From Candidatus Ratteibacteria bacterium (GTDB lineage Bacteria > Ratteibacteria > UBA8468 > B48-G9 > DTJG01): DNA of 64,000 bases. The stretch lies in contig JBBADJ010000004.1 in the NCBI GenBank assembly GCA_041656495.1, positions 84,644 to 148,643 of the forward strand. Reading direction: 5' to 3'. A model generated the notes under the pieces. The model was not told the DNA's origin, did no database searches, and was given only the letters and a program-made list of their open reading frames with translations. Shown piece by piece: positions 10,007 to 20,098 of the stretch. The translations under genes and the position numbers were made by a program. The number at the start of each line of letters is the position of its first letter. Position 1 is the first letter of the stretch.

Positions 10007-11512
10007 CTATTTCTTCTTGGGAGGATCCCCGGAAATACTTCCGAGAATGCCCCGAAACACTTTTCCTTTTACCTGTTTTCCAATCTCCCTGCCCACATGA
10101 CTTCCTATGGTTCGCATTGTCTGTTTTGCCAGAGTTTCTACCATACCCTGGCGCCGTTTTGTCCCCCACATAAATTCATTCAACGTATCTTTAACGCTCC
10201 TGGCATCTTCTCCCGGCCTTCTTTCAGAAGAGGAAGAAGAAGGAGACTTTGAAAGAAGTTCATGGGCAGATTCTCGGTTAATACGGGTGTCGTATTTTCC
10301 CGCGATCGGACTTCTGTTCAGAACCATCTTTCTTTCTTCTTCCTGAATCGTGCCAATCCGTGAACGAGGCGGTGCAACCAAAATCTCTTCTACGGGAGAA
10401 GGCACTCCTTTTTCTTGCAGAGTAGAAACAAGCGCTTCTCCTACCCCCAGTTGTGAAATCCGTGAAACAATATCAATTTTCGGGTTTGCGGCAAAAGTTT
10501 CAGCGGCTGTTTTTACTGCTTTCTGATCGCGCGGAGTATAAGCACGAAGCGCGTGTTGAACACGATTTCCAAGTTGCCCCAAAATTTCACCGGGGATATC
10601 ATCGGGAAATTGAGAACAAAAATAAATTCCTACTCCTTTAGAACGAATAAGCCGAACCACCTGTTCCACTTTTTTTCGTAATGCCGGAGATACATCGGAA
10701 AATAAAAGATGCGCTTCATCAAAGAAAAAGGCAAGACGCGGCTTTTCTAAATCACCGGATTCCGGAAGTTTTTCAAAAAGCTCGGAAAGAAGCCACAAGA
10801 GAAAGGTAGAATAAAGACGTGGATGAAGAATCAACCGGTCAGCGGAAAGAATATTCACAACTCCACGGCCATTAAGATCTCTTCGCATAAGGTCGTTTAG
10901 TTCAAGGGCGGGTTCTCCGAGCATTGTGGTTCCCCCTTCTCGTTCAAAGGTTAAAAGAGCCCGCTGTATCACGGAAATTGTCTGTGTACTTACCAAGCCA
11001 TACCGAGACGATATTTCTTGACGGTTCTCTGCCGCAAAAACAAGAAGAGTTCTAAGATCGTCAAGATCAAGAAGGAGGAGGTTCTGCTCATCGGCAAACG
11101 TAAAGAGAATTTCAAGGGTTCCTGCCTGTGTATCGTTCAACGCAAGCATTCTTCCAAGAAGAACTGGTCCTATCTGGCTTATTGTTGCCCGGATCGGATG
11201 GCCAGCCGCACCATAAAGGTCCCAGAAAATAACAGGGTTCGCCTCAAAAAGATAGTCAGAAATAGCAAGTTGAGAAAGGCGTTGCTGAATTTTTGCATTA
11301 TCAGTTCCAGGCATCGCCATTCCCGCCACATCTCCTTTAACATCCGCCATAAATACCGGAATTCCATGGCGTGAAAATCCTTCTGCTAAAAGCATCAAAG
11401 AAACAGTCTTTCCTGTTCCGGTAGCTCCTGTTACCAAGCCATGACGGTTTGCATATTTTACAAGGAGAGAAACAGAAGATCCGTCTCCTTTACCAAGAAG
11501 AATCTGATCCAT
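10007..11512 (-). CDS. DUF853 / HerA-like P-loop NTPase (YjgR-like)
   Basis: Walker A GATGTGKT. Length and layout of the DUF853 helicase-like ATPase family. ATG after a GAGGAG ribosome-binding site. The track ORF extends to 11590. Confidence 0.6.
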   Translation of the reverse strand: MDQILLGKGDGSSVSLLVKYANRHGLVTGATGTGKTVSLMLLAEGFSRHGIPVFMADVKGDVAGMAMPGTDNAKIQQRLSQLAISDYLFEANPVIFWDLYGAAGHPIRATISQIGPVLLGRMLALNDTQAGTLEILFTFADEQNLLLLDLDDLRTLLVFAAENRQEISSRYGLVSTQTISVIQRALLTFEREGGTTMLGEPALELNDLMRRDLNGRGVVNILSADRLILHPRLYSTFLLWLLSELFEKLPESGDLEKPRLAFFFDEAHLLFSDVSPALRKKVEQVVRLIRSKGVGIYFCSQFPDDIPGEILGQLGNRVQHALRAYTPRDQKAVKTAAETFAANPKIDIVSRISQLGVGEALVSTLQEKGVPSPVEEILVAPPRSRIGTIQEEERKMVLNRSPIAGKYDTRINRESAHELLSKSPSSSSSERRPGEDARSVKDTLNEFMWGTKRRQGMVETLAKQTMRTIGSHVGREIGKQVKGKVFRGILGSISGDPPKKK

Positions 11513-11537
11513 CGCGATATCTCCTCTCTTCTTTTCT

Positions 11538-13043
11538 TTAGGGGTTTTTACAACCCCAGGATGCCTGCCCCGCAAAGACAACACCTGCAAAATAAGCCTC
11601 TACAGGCATTGGGTACCAGTTCGTGGAAATAAGCCCCATAGAACCTGATTCTCCCGCTCGTTCTCCAAACGTAAAAAGATTCTCCGCAAAACGGGGATAG
11701 TCAGAAAGTCCGCGCCACTGTGTATGGTTTGCCGAAGAAGCACCTGCGCAAATAACCCTAAAGCCATGATCCATATAATATTCAAGGTAAGGAAAGGCCT
11801 TTATCCGTTTAGGAAATTCAGAACCAAGATAAGGAGCAAACTTCCTCAAAAAATGCTGAGAGAGTTCTGTCTCAAAATCAAGGTAATGACCAAACGTATC
11901 CAACATACTTCGTTCCACAGGGTCAAGCTCTCCACGCCAGAGATCACGCCACCTTTTGTCCGCCGCCTGTCCCTTCCCCGCAGGTCTCGCAACAAACATC
12001 GCGCTCGGGTTGGCAACAGTCCAGTAATCCCAATACATTAAAACAGCGTCGCGAGAAAGATCGTTAAATGTCTCGCTATGCCTGCAAAGCATATCATCCC
12101 ATAAAATCGGAGTCATCCCTAAAGAACGAACATAGGATATTACCATATTCATATAGTCTGTATAGAGTTTTCCCGCTCCTTCTTTCCGAACTTTTTCCGC
12201 ACATTTTTCGCATTGTCCTAAACGCCGGGTTTCATCTCCACCAATATGGAGATAGGGCAATGAACCGTGAAGATCAAGAATTTGATCAAGCAACTCCTTA
12301 AAAAGAGAAAAGGAATCAGGATTAAGAGGACACCATTGATCCATTGCAACCTCTTCTTCCCGAAGAGAAGCATATGCCGAATGACGAAGGATATGGTTCA
12401 CATGGCCGAGAGATTGATGTAATGGTATTACCTGAAGTCCCAACCCAGCCGCATGAGAAAGAAGTTTCTGAATCTCCTTTACAGAAAAAGCGCCCGGAGC
12501 CTTGATAACTCGGTGTTTACGAAAAGGAAAACGGTTCTCATATTCAAAAATTACTGTATTCATATTCCATTTTGCCATTGCATCAAGAAGATTCAACAAA
12601 TCCTTAAAAGAAAGGTGGCGCATCGCGGGAAGATAAAAATGCATGCCTCGCATCGGAAGAAGAGGAGCATCGGAAATATCTTGAAACTGAAGACGACCAG
12701 AACCTGTAATAGGACCTGTCCCATTCCATTCCTTGGCAAAAGAGGATTTCGCCTCAAGAAGAAGGATCTTAAGTCGATTCGCCGCATAACGAAATCCCTC
12801 AGGATCTCCCGCAAAAACAGAAATTCCTTTTTCATCAATCTGTAATTGGTATGCGCCCGTGCAAGAAAACTTTTTTTGCATAGCCCGAAGTTGTGCAGGA
12901 CCTTTTCCATTAAAGAGAGAGAAGAAGTTTACCGCATCTTCAGGGACCAAGAGATCGCAAGAGGTTTTTTGCACTTCTGAGACAGGAAGAAATCCTTCAG
13001 AAAATAGAGGCTCGGAATTTCCGGGAACCATAAGATAGTTCAT
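11538..13043 (-). CDS. beta-N-acetylhexosaminidase, glycoside hydrolase family 20
   Basis: GH20 catalytic signature HIGGDE (in HIGGDETRR). Size is consistent with a GH20 catalytic domain. Confidence 0.75.
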   Translation of the reverse strand: MNYLMVPGNSEPLFSEGFLPVSEVQKTSCDLLVPEDAVNFFSLFNGKGPAQLRAMQKKFSCTGAYQLQIDEKGISVFAGDPEGFRYAANRLKILLLEAKSSFAKEWNGTGPITGSGRLQFQDISDAPLLPMRGMHFYLPAMRHLSFKDLLNLLDAMAKWNMNTVIFEYENRFPFRKHRVIKAPGAFSVKEIQKLLSHAAGLGLQVIPLHQSLGHVNHILRHSAYASLREEEVAMDQWCPLNPDSFSLFKELLDQILDLHGSLPYLHIGGDETRRLGQCEKCAEKVRKEGAGKLYTDYMNMVISYVRSLGMTPILWDDMLCRHSETFNDLSRDAVLMYWDYWTVANPSAMFVARPAGKGQAADKRWRDLWRGELDPVERSMLDTFGHYLDFETELSQHFLRKFAPYLGSEFPKRIKAFPYLEYYMDHGFRVICAGASSANHTQWRGLSDYPRFAENLFTFGERAGESGSMGLISTNWYPMPVEAYFAGVVFAGQASWGCKNP

Positions 13044-13468
13044 CTTCTCCTCCTCGTTTCAAAAAAATAGATTGGAAGCAGAGTTCACTTCATCCTTAAT
13101 TCTTGTAGATCTAAAAATATCAGCGTTACTATTCTATTATGCAGTTTTTTCAGGATTGCGTAAAGTTTTTAGGAATTGGAAGCACATATTACTGGAAGAG
13201 AGTATCTCCAGAAAGAAACCCTTTACTATACGATGAGGAAGAAAGGCGAGCGACCCCAAAATATCTTAAGGAAAAAAGATTGCAAAACCACCTCCTTCCT
13301 ACATAAAACGAGCTCTCAACGGATCTCTGCCAAAAACTATAAGAATCACGGAAAGAAAGAATAATATTCAAACCTTCTCTGTATAAAAAAATCAATACTG
13401 CCAAAAATTGTTGTCTCTAAAAGAATCCTGAAATAAAAGGAGAAAATAGATAGGAGCGAACTCTTCTC

Positions 13469-14086
13469 TTATAGATTATTGTTATCTTTTTTTGAAAGAT
13501 CTGTCTTCATGCCATACAAGAGGTATTCGGGAAGAACACGGCCTTTAGAATCAAAGGTAATTCCCTCTTTCTGAAGTAAAAGACGTTTCAGAACAATTCC
13601 TCCGCCAAAGCCAGTCAAAGAACCATCTGATCCAACAACTCGGTGACAGGGAATAATAAGAGGAAAAGGGTTTGCAGATAAAGAAGCTCCCACGCCTCTT
13701 GATAGGTGTTTTCCGCCCAATTCCATTGCAATCGCGGCATAACTTGTTACTTTTCCGCGGGGAATGTGCCGAGTAACATACAACACCTTTTTCTGAAAAA
13801 GCGATTGCGAAGATCTATCTAATCTCACGGAAAAATCAATAGATTTCCCCTCGCAATAGGCTGAGATCTTCTTAAGAAGAGGATAAATAACGCGAGAAGA
13901 AGAAAAACTTGCCCGAGGAAAGGTGTGAAGTACAGAGCGCATTGCTACTACTCCGTCTTCAGGCAGAAAAAGATGTATCAATACCACGGTTGTTCCGCGC
14001 AAACCCCAGACCACAACAATCGGACCGCATACAGTATCCACTAAAGAAAAAAAAGAAGAGTCCCGCTCTTTCAATGTCATCGACAT
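13469..14086 (-). CDS. ogt: methylated-DNA--protein-cysteine methyltransferase (Ogt/MGMT family)
   Basis: Active-site motif PCHRVV and surrounding C-terminal DNA-binding domain pattern. The N-terminus is longer than typical Ogt. Confidence 0.75.
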   Translation of the reverse strand: MSMTLKERDSSFFSLVDTVCGPIVVVWGLRGTTVVLIHLFLPEDGVVAMRSVLHTFPRASFSSSRVIYPLLKKISAYCEGKSIDFSVRLDRSSQSLFQKKVLYVTRHIPRGKVTSYAAIAMELGGKHLSRGVGASLSANPFPLIIPCHRVVGSDGSLTGFGGGIVLKRLLLQKEGITFDSKGRVLPEYLLYGMKTDLSKKDNNNL

Positions 14087-14648
14087 AAACCACCTGAAAA
14101 TTTGTCCAGAAAAAATTTCCCCTTAATACCTACTTTTCTCTAAAAAGGGATATAGCGCTTTAATGGTATCTTCCGAAGCATACAAAAAATCATCTCTCAT
14201 CTCTTTGCTTTTCACCTGCCTTAAGAAATCTCTTTTTCAAGATCAGAGTTTCGCAATCTATGACAGACTTAATCTAATAAAATTGTAGAAGAACTTATAG
14301 AAGGTGTCAAGAAAAAAATATAGGCATTTCACCTTTTTTTTCGCGCTACTGCGACATTTTTCTGATAGGCTGTGTTAGTACACTTTTAATTTTTCAATGA
14401 CACATTTTTCCGATATACTTTGTTTGACAAAAAAACTCACTCCTGTATACTAAATTGTAAGACTTTTTTTCTTATGATAAATAGAACAATGACTTGAAAC
14501 ACATTATAGATATAGAATCTCCCAAGAAATAAAAAAAACCTTGTTGCTTCTCAATTACTCAATCCCCTGTAAAAAATCATTACACAATCTATTTTTCTAT
14601 CGTATCAATAGAACTAAAGAAAATCTCCCTCACCATAGGAGAAAATCT

Positions 14649-15794
14649 ATGAACCCAAAAATCAACAAAATTCTGGAGAAAACCATTCAAACAACCTACT
14701 CAAAAGATTCTCCCCTGTCATTTTGTGTGGTAGGCGCTGGAAACGGAGGGCTTGCCATGGCGGGATATCTTGGACTCCTTGGCTTTCCCACCACACTCTA
14801 TAATAGAAGCAGAGAAAAACTTCATGCGGTCCAATGGCATAAAGGAATTGAGCTATCCGGTGTTATGGAAGGATTTGGGAAAATTACTCTTGCAACAACC
14901 TCAATGGAAGAAGCAATTAAAGATGCAGATATTATTATGGTTACAGTTCCCGCTACCGGACATTACGAAGTAGCAAAAAGCATGGCTCAGTATCTCCGTA
15001 CAGGACAAATTGTAACACTTAATCCAGGAAGAACCGGCGGAGCTCTCGCATTCAACCATGCTCTTAGTAAAAATGGTTGCTGCACACATCCGCTTATAGC
15101 AGAAACCTCTACATTTATTTTTGCTTCAAGATCAATCGGCGGAGGAAAAGCAAAAATTTTCAGAATTAAGAACTCTGTCCGATTTGCCACACTACCTGCA
15201 CATTTTATCCCACAAACCCTTCCTCTTCTCAATAAAGCCTTTCCTCAATTCATTCCAGGAGATAATGTCCTTTCCACAGGAATGGAAAATATCGGCGCTA
15301 TCTTTCATCCTGCCCTCACCCTATTGAACGCAGGTTGGATTGAAAGAACAAAAGGCAATTTTGATTACTATAGCGATGGTATTACTCCATCTATTGCAAA
15401 CGTATTAGAAGTAATTGATGCAGAACGAGTTAAGGTCGCCTCTGGATTTGGCATGCATACAGTTTCTGCCCGCGAATGGCTCTACCTTACCTATGACGCG
15501 CCAGGACGAAACCTTTACGAAGCAATAAAAAATACCTCTGCGTACAGAGGCATAAGCGCTCCTCCCACAATTCTCCATCGTTATGTCTTTGAAGATATTC
15601 CTATGAGCCTTATTCCCTTAGCATCTTTAGGAAGCATGATCAATATCAAAACTCCCTGGATAGAAAAAATCATTGATCTTGCAAACTTAATGCACAAGAA
15701 AGATTACCGAAAAGAGGGACGTACCATTACACACATGGGTCTGCAAAAACTCTCAATGCAACAACTCCATAAAATAGTTTTAGGAATAGATTAA
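14649..15794 (+). CDS. NAD(P)-dependent opine dehydrogenase family protein
   Basis: Rossmann motif VVGAGNGG at the N-terminus. Length and pattern of octopine/nopaline (opine) dehydrogenase family. AGGAGA ribosome-binding site before the ATG at 14649. Confidence 0.6.
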   Translation: MNPKINKILEKTIQTTYSKDSPLSFCVVGAGNGGLAMAGYLGLLGFPTTLYNRSREKLHAVQWHKGIELSGVMEGFGKITLATTSMEEAIKDADIIMVTVPATGHYEVAKSMAQYLRTGQIVTLNPGRTGGALAFNHALSKNGCCTHPLIAETSTFIFASRSIGGGKAKIFRIKNSVRFATLPAHFIPQTLPLLNKAFPQFIPGDNVLSTGMENIGAIFHPALTLLNAGWIERTKGNFDYYSDGITPSIANVLEVIDAERVKVASGFGMHTVSAREWLYLTYDAPGRNLYEAIKNTSAYRGISAPPTILHRYVFEDIPMSLIPLASLGSMINIKTPWIEKIIDLANLMHKKDYRKEGRTITHMGLQKLSMQQLHKIVLGID

Positions 15795-15946
15795 TCTACT
15801 TTCACAAAACGAAAAATAGGGGATAAAACTCTTAATGAATAAGCTTTTTTTAGATTCATTAACAAAAGAGACGCAAAACACCTACAAGAAAAGTAATGGT
15901 TAACTGTTTCGTAAGAATGCAATTGATTACTACAAGGAGAAGCATT

Positions 15947-16621
15947 ATGAATCCTATCTATCCGTTTATAATAAAAAGTCCTATCGGATTAGTCGCTCTA
16001 TTAGTAATTGTCACAGGATGGATTCTGGCGTGGATCACTCGTATTCTGTTGACTTCTCTTTTGGAATTATTCCAATTTAATAAACTTTCCGTACGGCTTG
16101 GTATCCATGAGTTTCTCAAAAAAGGTGAAGTTTCTCGTTCTGCATCAGAACTTACCGGAAGATTTGTATACTGGCTTATTCTGATGGTAACTTTTTTGAA
16201 AGCAGCCAACCTTCTTGACAATGAAGTATCTACAGAACTTCATCGTCAAACTATCGCGGCAATACCTGCTTTTATAAGCGCACTATTAATCCTTGCAGTT
16301 GGATTGATCGCTATTTTTTTTCTTGCGGGCTTTGTTCGGACACTTGTCCGTAACGCGGGCAATCCTTATGCAAATCTCTGGTTTCAGATAACACGCGGAA
16401 TCGGAGTAACTTTAGTTTTGATTTTTGCCATTGAACAAACTAGAGTACAAAGTATGGTTATTACTGGAATTTTTTTCATTCTCTTTGCTGCGGCTGCCTT
16501 TGGAACAGCGCTTGCCTTTGGATTAGGTTCTCGGGAAATAGCAGGAACCGCTATGCAACAGTGGCTTGAGGAGCTGAAAGAGCGTCATCGCGATCTCTCT
16601 CAACCAGATATGGATGAATAA
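15947..16621 (+). CDS. multi-pass membrane protein (mechanosensitive-channel-N-terminal-like 'conserved TM helix' type)
   Basis: About 225 aa with several hydrophobic helices. AGGAGA ribosome-binding site. Lies 14 bp upstream of the next gene. Confidence 0.4.
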   Translation: MNPIYPFIIKSPIGLVALLVIVTGWILAWITRILLTSLLELFQFNKLSVRLGIHEFLKKGEVSRSASELTGRFVYWLILMVTFLKAANLLDNEVSTELHRQTIAAIPAFISALLILAVGLIAIFFLAGFVRTLVRNAGNPYANLWFQITRGIGVTLVLIFAIEQTRVQSMVITGIFFILFAAAAFGTALAFGLGSREIAGTAMQQWLEELKERHRDLSQPDMDE

Positions 16622-16635
16622 AGCAAGGAGGAAGA

Positions 16636-18492
16636 ATGAGTATCTATCTTACCAAAGATGATTGTGTTGGACTTATTCGATCGGGAATTGACGCCCATAC
16701 ACTTGGATTAATTTCTCTCACAGAACTACTCCATGAATGCGGGTACCGTTCCATTTATGCACACGAAGATCTCTGTACACTCTTGAATAATCCTGACCAA
16801 CCTAAAAGTATTCGCGAACTCTCAAACTGGATCCTTGCATACAAGATTACTGTACTTGGATATAGCTGGCGTCTTGATCCAGAAAAAGGAGTTTACCTTA
16901 TGGCAAGCCTTATCCATGGATTAAAACAAGGACAACTTTTTAGAGAGCAAGGCGGTCCGATTAGAGCTATCTGTTTTGGAGGACTCCCCAGAACATGTCT
17001 ACTTATAGAAAAAAAAATACGAGAAGCTGATGCGGTCTTCAATGGCGACGAAAGCGCAAATGAGACCCTTGAACGGTTTGGTATTTCCAAGTTTTCACTT
17101 CCCCATGAATTCAGCAAAGAACTTAACTACGATAATGATAGATTTTCTTTTGGAAAAGAAATCGTAAAAAAAGAGGCGTGGAGAAACGTACAACCTGTTG
17201 AGTATAAAGAATACCCTATATTAGGAAAAAGAGAAGAAACAGTCCTTACACGATTGGAACATAGGAAAAAATATCGTCTTCCACCTCTTATACGCTGTCA
17301 TGCGGGTCCTTTTCTCCCTCATAGAGAAGAAGCGGTCCGTCTCTTTTTGGAGTGGACAAAAAACCTTGCGGAAAGAAGATTGCTCGACATACTTTCCATA
17401 GGTATTTCACAACGGGCACAATCCAATTTTGGCGAAAATTGGGAAGATAAACCTGATGGTGGAGGAGTACCGATTAATTCGCCAGAAGAGTTTCATGAAG
17501 TCTGGAAAACCGCAAGACCAATGCTCGTCCGTTCTTATGCAGGTACAAAAAATATTCGCGCTATGGCAAAAATGTATGAGCGCACCATTCATATCGCATG
17601 GCACGCGCTTTCTCTATGGTGGTTCAGCCATATAGATGGAAGAGGTCCCTATTCTGTTCAGGAAAACCTTCATCATCATCTTGATACATTTCGCTATATT
17701 GCAAAAACACAAAAACCATACGAACCTAACATTTCCCATCACTTCGCTTTTCGTGGATCAGATGATGCAACCTCCATCGCAGCCACTGTTCTTGCTGCCC
17801 GCACCGCAAAAGCAATGGGAATCCAATCCCTTATTCTACAGGTTATGCTAAATACGCCTCGCTCTATCTGGGGAATACAAGATCTCGCCAAAGCGCGTGC
17901 CACTCTTCAACTCATACAACCATTGGAAGATTCCTTATTTCACACTATTCTTCAACCACGAGCTGGATTAAACTCTCTCTCTCCTTCTCCTGAAAAAGCT
18001 ATGGCACAACTTGCCGCAGCCACTGCTCTTATGGATGATATAGAACCGTACAATCCTCTGAGCCCCCCTATAATCCATGTTGTTAGTTACTCCGAAGGAT
18101 CTGAACTTGCAAATCCAGATATTATCCATGAAAGCATTCAAATTACCCGTCATGCCCTTGAGAAATATAGAACCTTAAGAAAAAAAGGTGAAATAAACGA
18201 TATGTCTTCTGACCCAGAGCTGCATAACCGAACAGAAGAACTTCTCGCAGAGACCAAAACCATACTTTCTGCTATTGACTCTGCAATTCCAAACCCTTAT
18301 TCCGCAGAAGGATTGTATGAAACCCTCCATCGCGGATTTTTTGCAGTTCCTCATCTTCTTTCTCAACGCGATGAATTTAAAAAGGCAGTCCAATGGAGAA
18401 CCAGAACTATCCGAGGATCTGTTAAAACAATCGACATCAATAATAATCCGATCTCATTATCACGAAGAAAAGAGATGCTAGCGCAACTATAA
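16636..18492 (+). CDS. cobalamin(B12)-binding-domain protein fused to a large uncharacterised C-terminal domain
   Basis: The N-terminal ~130 aa fit a B12-binding Rossmann-like domain (DAHTLG = DxHxxG). No CxxxCxxC motif, so not a radical SAM enzyme. The C-terminal ~480 aa were not recognised. AGGAGG ribosome-binding site. Confidence 0.45.
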   Translation: MSIYLTKDDCVGLIRSGIDAHTLGLISLTELLHECGYRSIYAHEDLCTLLNNPDQPKSIRELSNWILAYKITVLGYSWRLDPEKGVYLMASLIHGLKQGQLFREQGGPIRAICFGGLPRTCLLIEKKIREADAVFNGDESANETLERFGISKFSLPHEFSKELNYDNDRFSFGKEIVKKEAWRNVQPVEYKEYPILGKREETVLTRLEHRKKYRLPPLIRCHAGPFLPHREEAVRLFLEWTKNLAERRLLDILSIGISQRAQSNFGENWEDKPDGGGVPINSPEEFHEVWKTARPMLVRSYAGTKNIRAMAKMYERTIHIAWHALSLWWFSHIDGRGPYSVQENLHHHLDTFRYIAKTQKPYEPNISHHFAFRGSDDATSIAATVLAARTAKAMGIQSLILQVMLNTPRSIWGIQDLAKARATLQLIQPLEDSLFHTILQPRAGLNSLSPSPEKAMAQLAAATALMDDIEPYNPLSPPIIHVVSYSEGSELANPDIIHESIQITRHALEKYRTLRKKGEINDMSSDPELHNRTEELLAETKTILSAIDSAIPNPYSAEGLYETLHRGFFAVPHLLSQRDEFKKAVQWRTRTIRGSVKTIDINNNPISLSRRKEMLAQL

Positions 18493-18525
18493 GAAAGATA
18501 TTTCATATAACTATGGAGAAAAGCT

Positions 18526-20034
18526 ATGGGAGGTATAGTAGTTGTTACTGGAAAAGATAAGAAGAACCTTTTACATACAATAGCACCAAAATTATCACAT
18601 CGGGGGGATCTAAAACAAACCACGCACACTTCGCACAACGCTCTTCTTTCTTATCTTTCTTCCTCTTCTTGTGATGTGAACAACCGATTCCAAATCCTCT
18701 CCTCGGAAAAAGAGAATTATACAGTTATCTTTGATGGAAAAATGTATAACCATAATTATCTTAAAAAAAATCTCAAGGTCCACCATTCTTTCTCTACAAC
18801 AGGAGATGCAGAACTTCTTCTCCGTCTCTATCAGGAATCTGGCACAGATATGTTGAGAAAGCTCGATGGTCCCTTTGCATTAGTAATTGCAACTCCACAC
18901 ACTCTTCTTTTGGCGCGAGACCAATTCGGAATAAAACCTCTTTATTATACATGGAACTCAAATCAATTCATTGCAGCAAGTGAAATCAAGGCATTTCCTC
19001 CCTTTTCAAATGTAATGGAATTACCACCAGGACATGTTATATCTACTAATACTAAAAAACCATGGATGTTTGCATCCTCTTTTTCTTCTAAAAAAAGTTC
19101 TTTTCTTTCTTGCTCGTTACAAAAAATAGAAGATGCAATCCATACACTCCTTACAAAAGCAGTAAAGAAACGGATAGATACTACTCAAGAAATCGGACTA
19201 TTTCTCTCAGGAGGATTAGATAGCAGTTTAATTGCAGCTATTCTAAAACCGCATATCTCCACTCTCCACACTTTTACTGCAGGAATTAAAGGAGCACCAG
19301 ACCTTGAATCAGCTAGAAAAGTCGCAACATTTCTCGGTACAATACATCATGAGTATACCTACACAAAAGAAAAAATAGAGAATGCATTGCCAACAATTAT
19401 CCAACACCTTGAATCCTTTGACGCGCCACTTGTTCGGTCTGCCATACCAATGTTTTTTATTTCTACTCTTATGTCAAACTATGTTCAAAACGCTCTTTCC
19501 GGAGAAGGAGCTGATGAACTCTTTGCAGGGTATGATTATCTTCACCATTTCTCTACAACAAAGAAAATGAGAGAAGAGCAGATAAAAATAATACACTCAC
19601 TCCACAAGACAGGTCTTCAACGCGTTGACAGAATAAGCATGGCTCATGGGGTCGATGTAAAAATTCCTTTCCTTGATAGGAACCTTGTAAGATTCGTTCA
19701 AAAAATCCCTGTCCGTTTTTTAACAACAAACAATCACAAAGAAGCAAAATGGATCTTACGGGATGCGTTTCAAGGAATTCTTCCTCATTCCATTCTCTAT
19801 AGGAAAAAGATGAAGTTCTCCGAAGGTGCAGGTTCTGCAGAGATTGTCGCAAAAATAGTTTCAGAGAAAATCAACCCTCGTGAATTTCAAAGAGAACAAG
19901 AGCTCATGCCACATCTCTGGCTCTCTTCTCCTGAAGAACTCTTTTATTATCGGATATGGAAAAAGGTCATGCCAAAAGGTCTTTCTCCCTTGATAGTTGG
20001 AAGAACTCTCGACAAAAAAGCTGTCGCATACTAA
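18526..20034 (+). CDS. asparagine synthetase (AsnB) family protein lacking the N-terminal Cys nucleophile
   Basis: Clear AsnB similarity (SGGLDSS PP-loop, SGEGADELFAGY). Residue 2 is Gly (MGGIVVV) instead of the Cys of MCGI. Glutamine hydrolysis is therefore unlikely; beta-lactam-synthetase and lasso-cyclase homologues share this substitution. Confidence 0.75.
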   Translation: MGGIVVVTGKDKKNLLHTIAPKLSHRGDLKQTTHTSHNALLSYLSSSSCDVNNRFQILSSEKENYTVIFDGKMYNHNYLKKNLKVHHSFSTTGDAELLLRLYQESGTDMLRKLDGPFALVIATPHTLLLARDQFGIKPLYYTWNSNQFIAASEIKAFPPFSNVMELPPGHVISTNTKKPWMFASSFSSKKSSFLSCSLQKIEDAIHTLLTKAVKKRIDTTQEIGLFLSGGLDSSLIAAILKPHISTLHTFTAGIKGAPDLESARKVATFLGTIHHEYTYTKEKIENALPTIIQHLESFDAPLVRSAIPMFFISTLMSNYVQNALSGEGADELFAGYDYLHHFSTTKKMREEQIKIIHSLHKTGLQRVDRISMAHGVDVKIPFLDRNLVRFVQKIPVRFLTTNNHKEAKWILRDAFQGILPHSILYRKKMKFSEGAGSAEIVAKIVSEKINPREFQREQELMPHLWLSSPEELFYYRIWKKVMPKGLSPLIVGRTLDKKAVAY

Positions 20035-20098
20035 GGAATATTGCTACCGTTAATAGATTCTCTCTTTGATACCTTCTAAAAGGGAAGCAGGGAAATTA

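Noticed and set aside
10007-11512. HerA-based anti-phage defence system
   Set aside because: No Sir2, DUF4297 nuclease or other partner gene is adjacent. The context is housekeeping.
16636-18492. Fused glutamate mutase (S+E subunit) assignment for the B12-domain protein
   Set aside because: Domain sizes add up, and a short local resemblance to GlmE (QPRAG; HxxxxGxxD...IAA...TP) exists. However, it is far too weak and mis-positioned to support a call without a real alignment.
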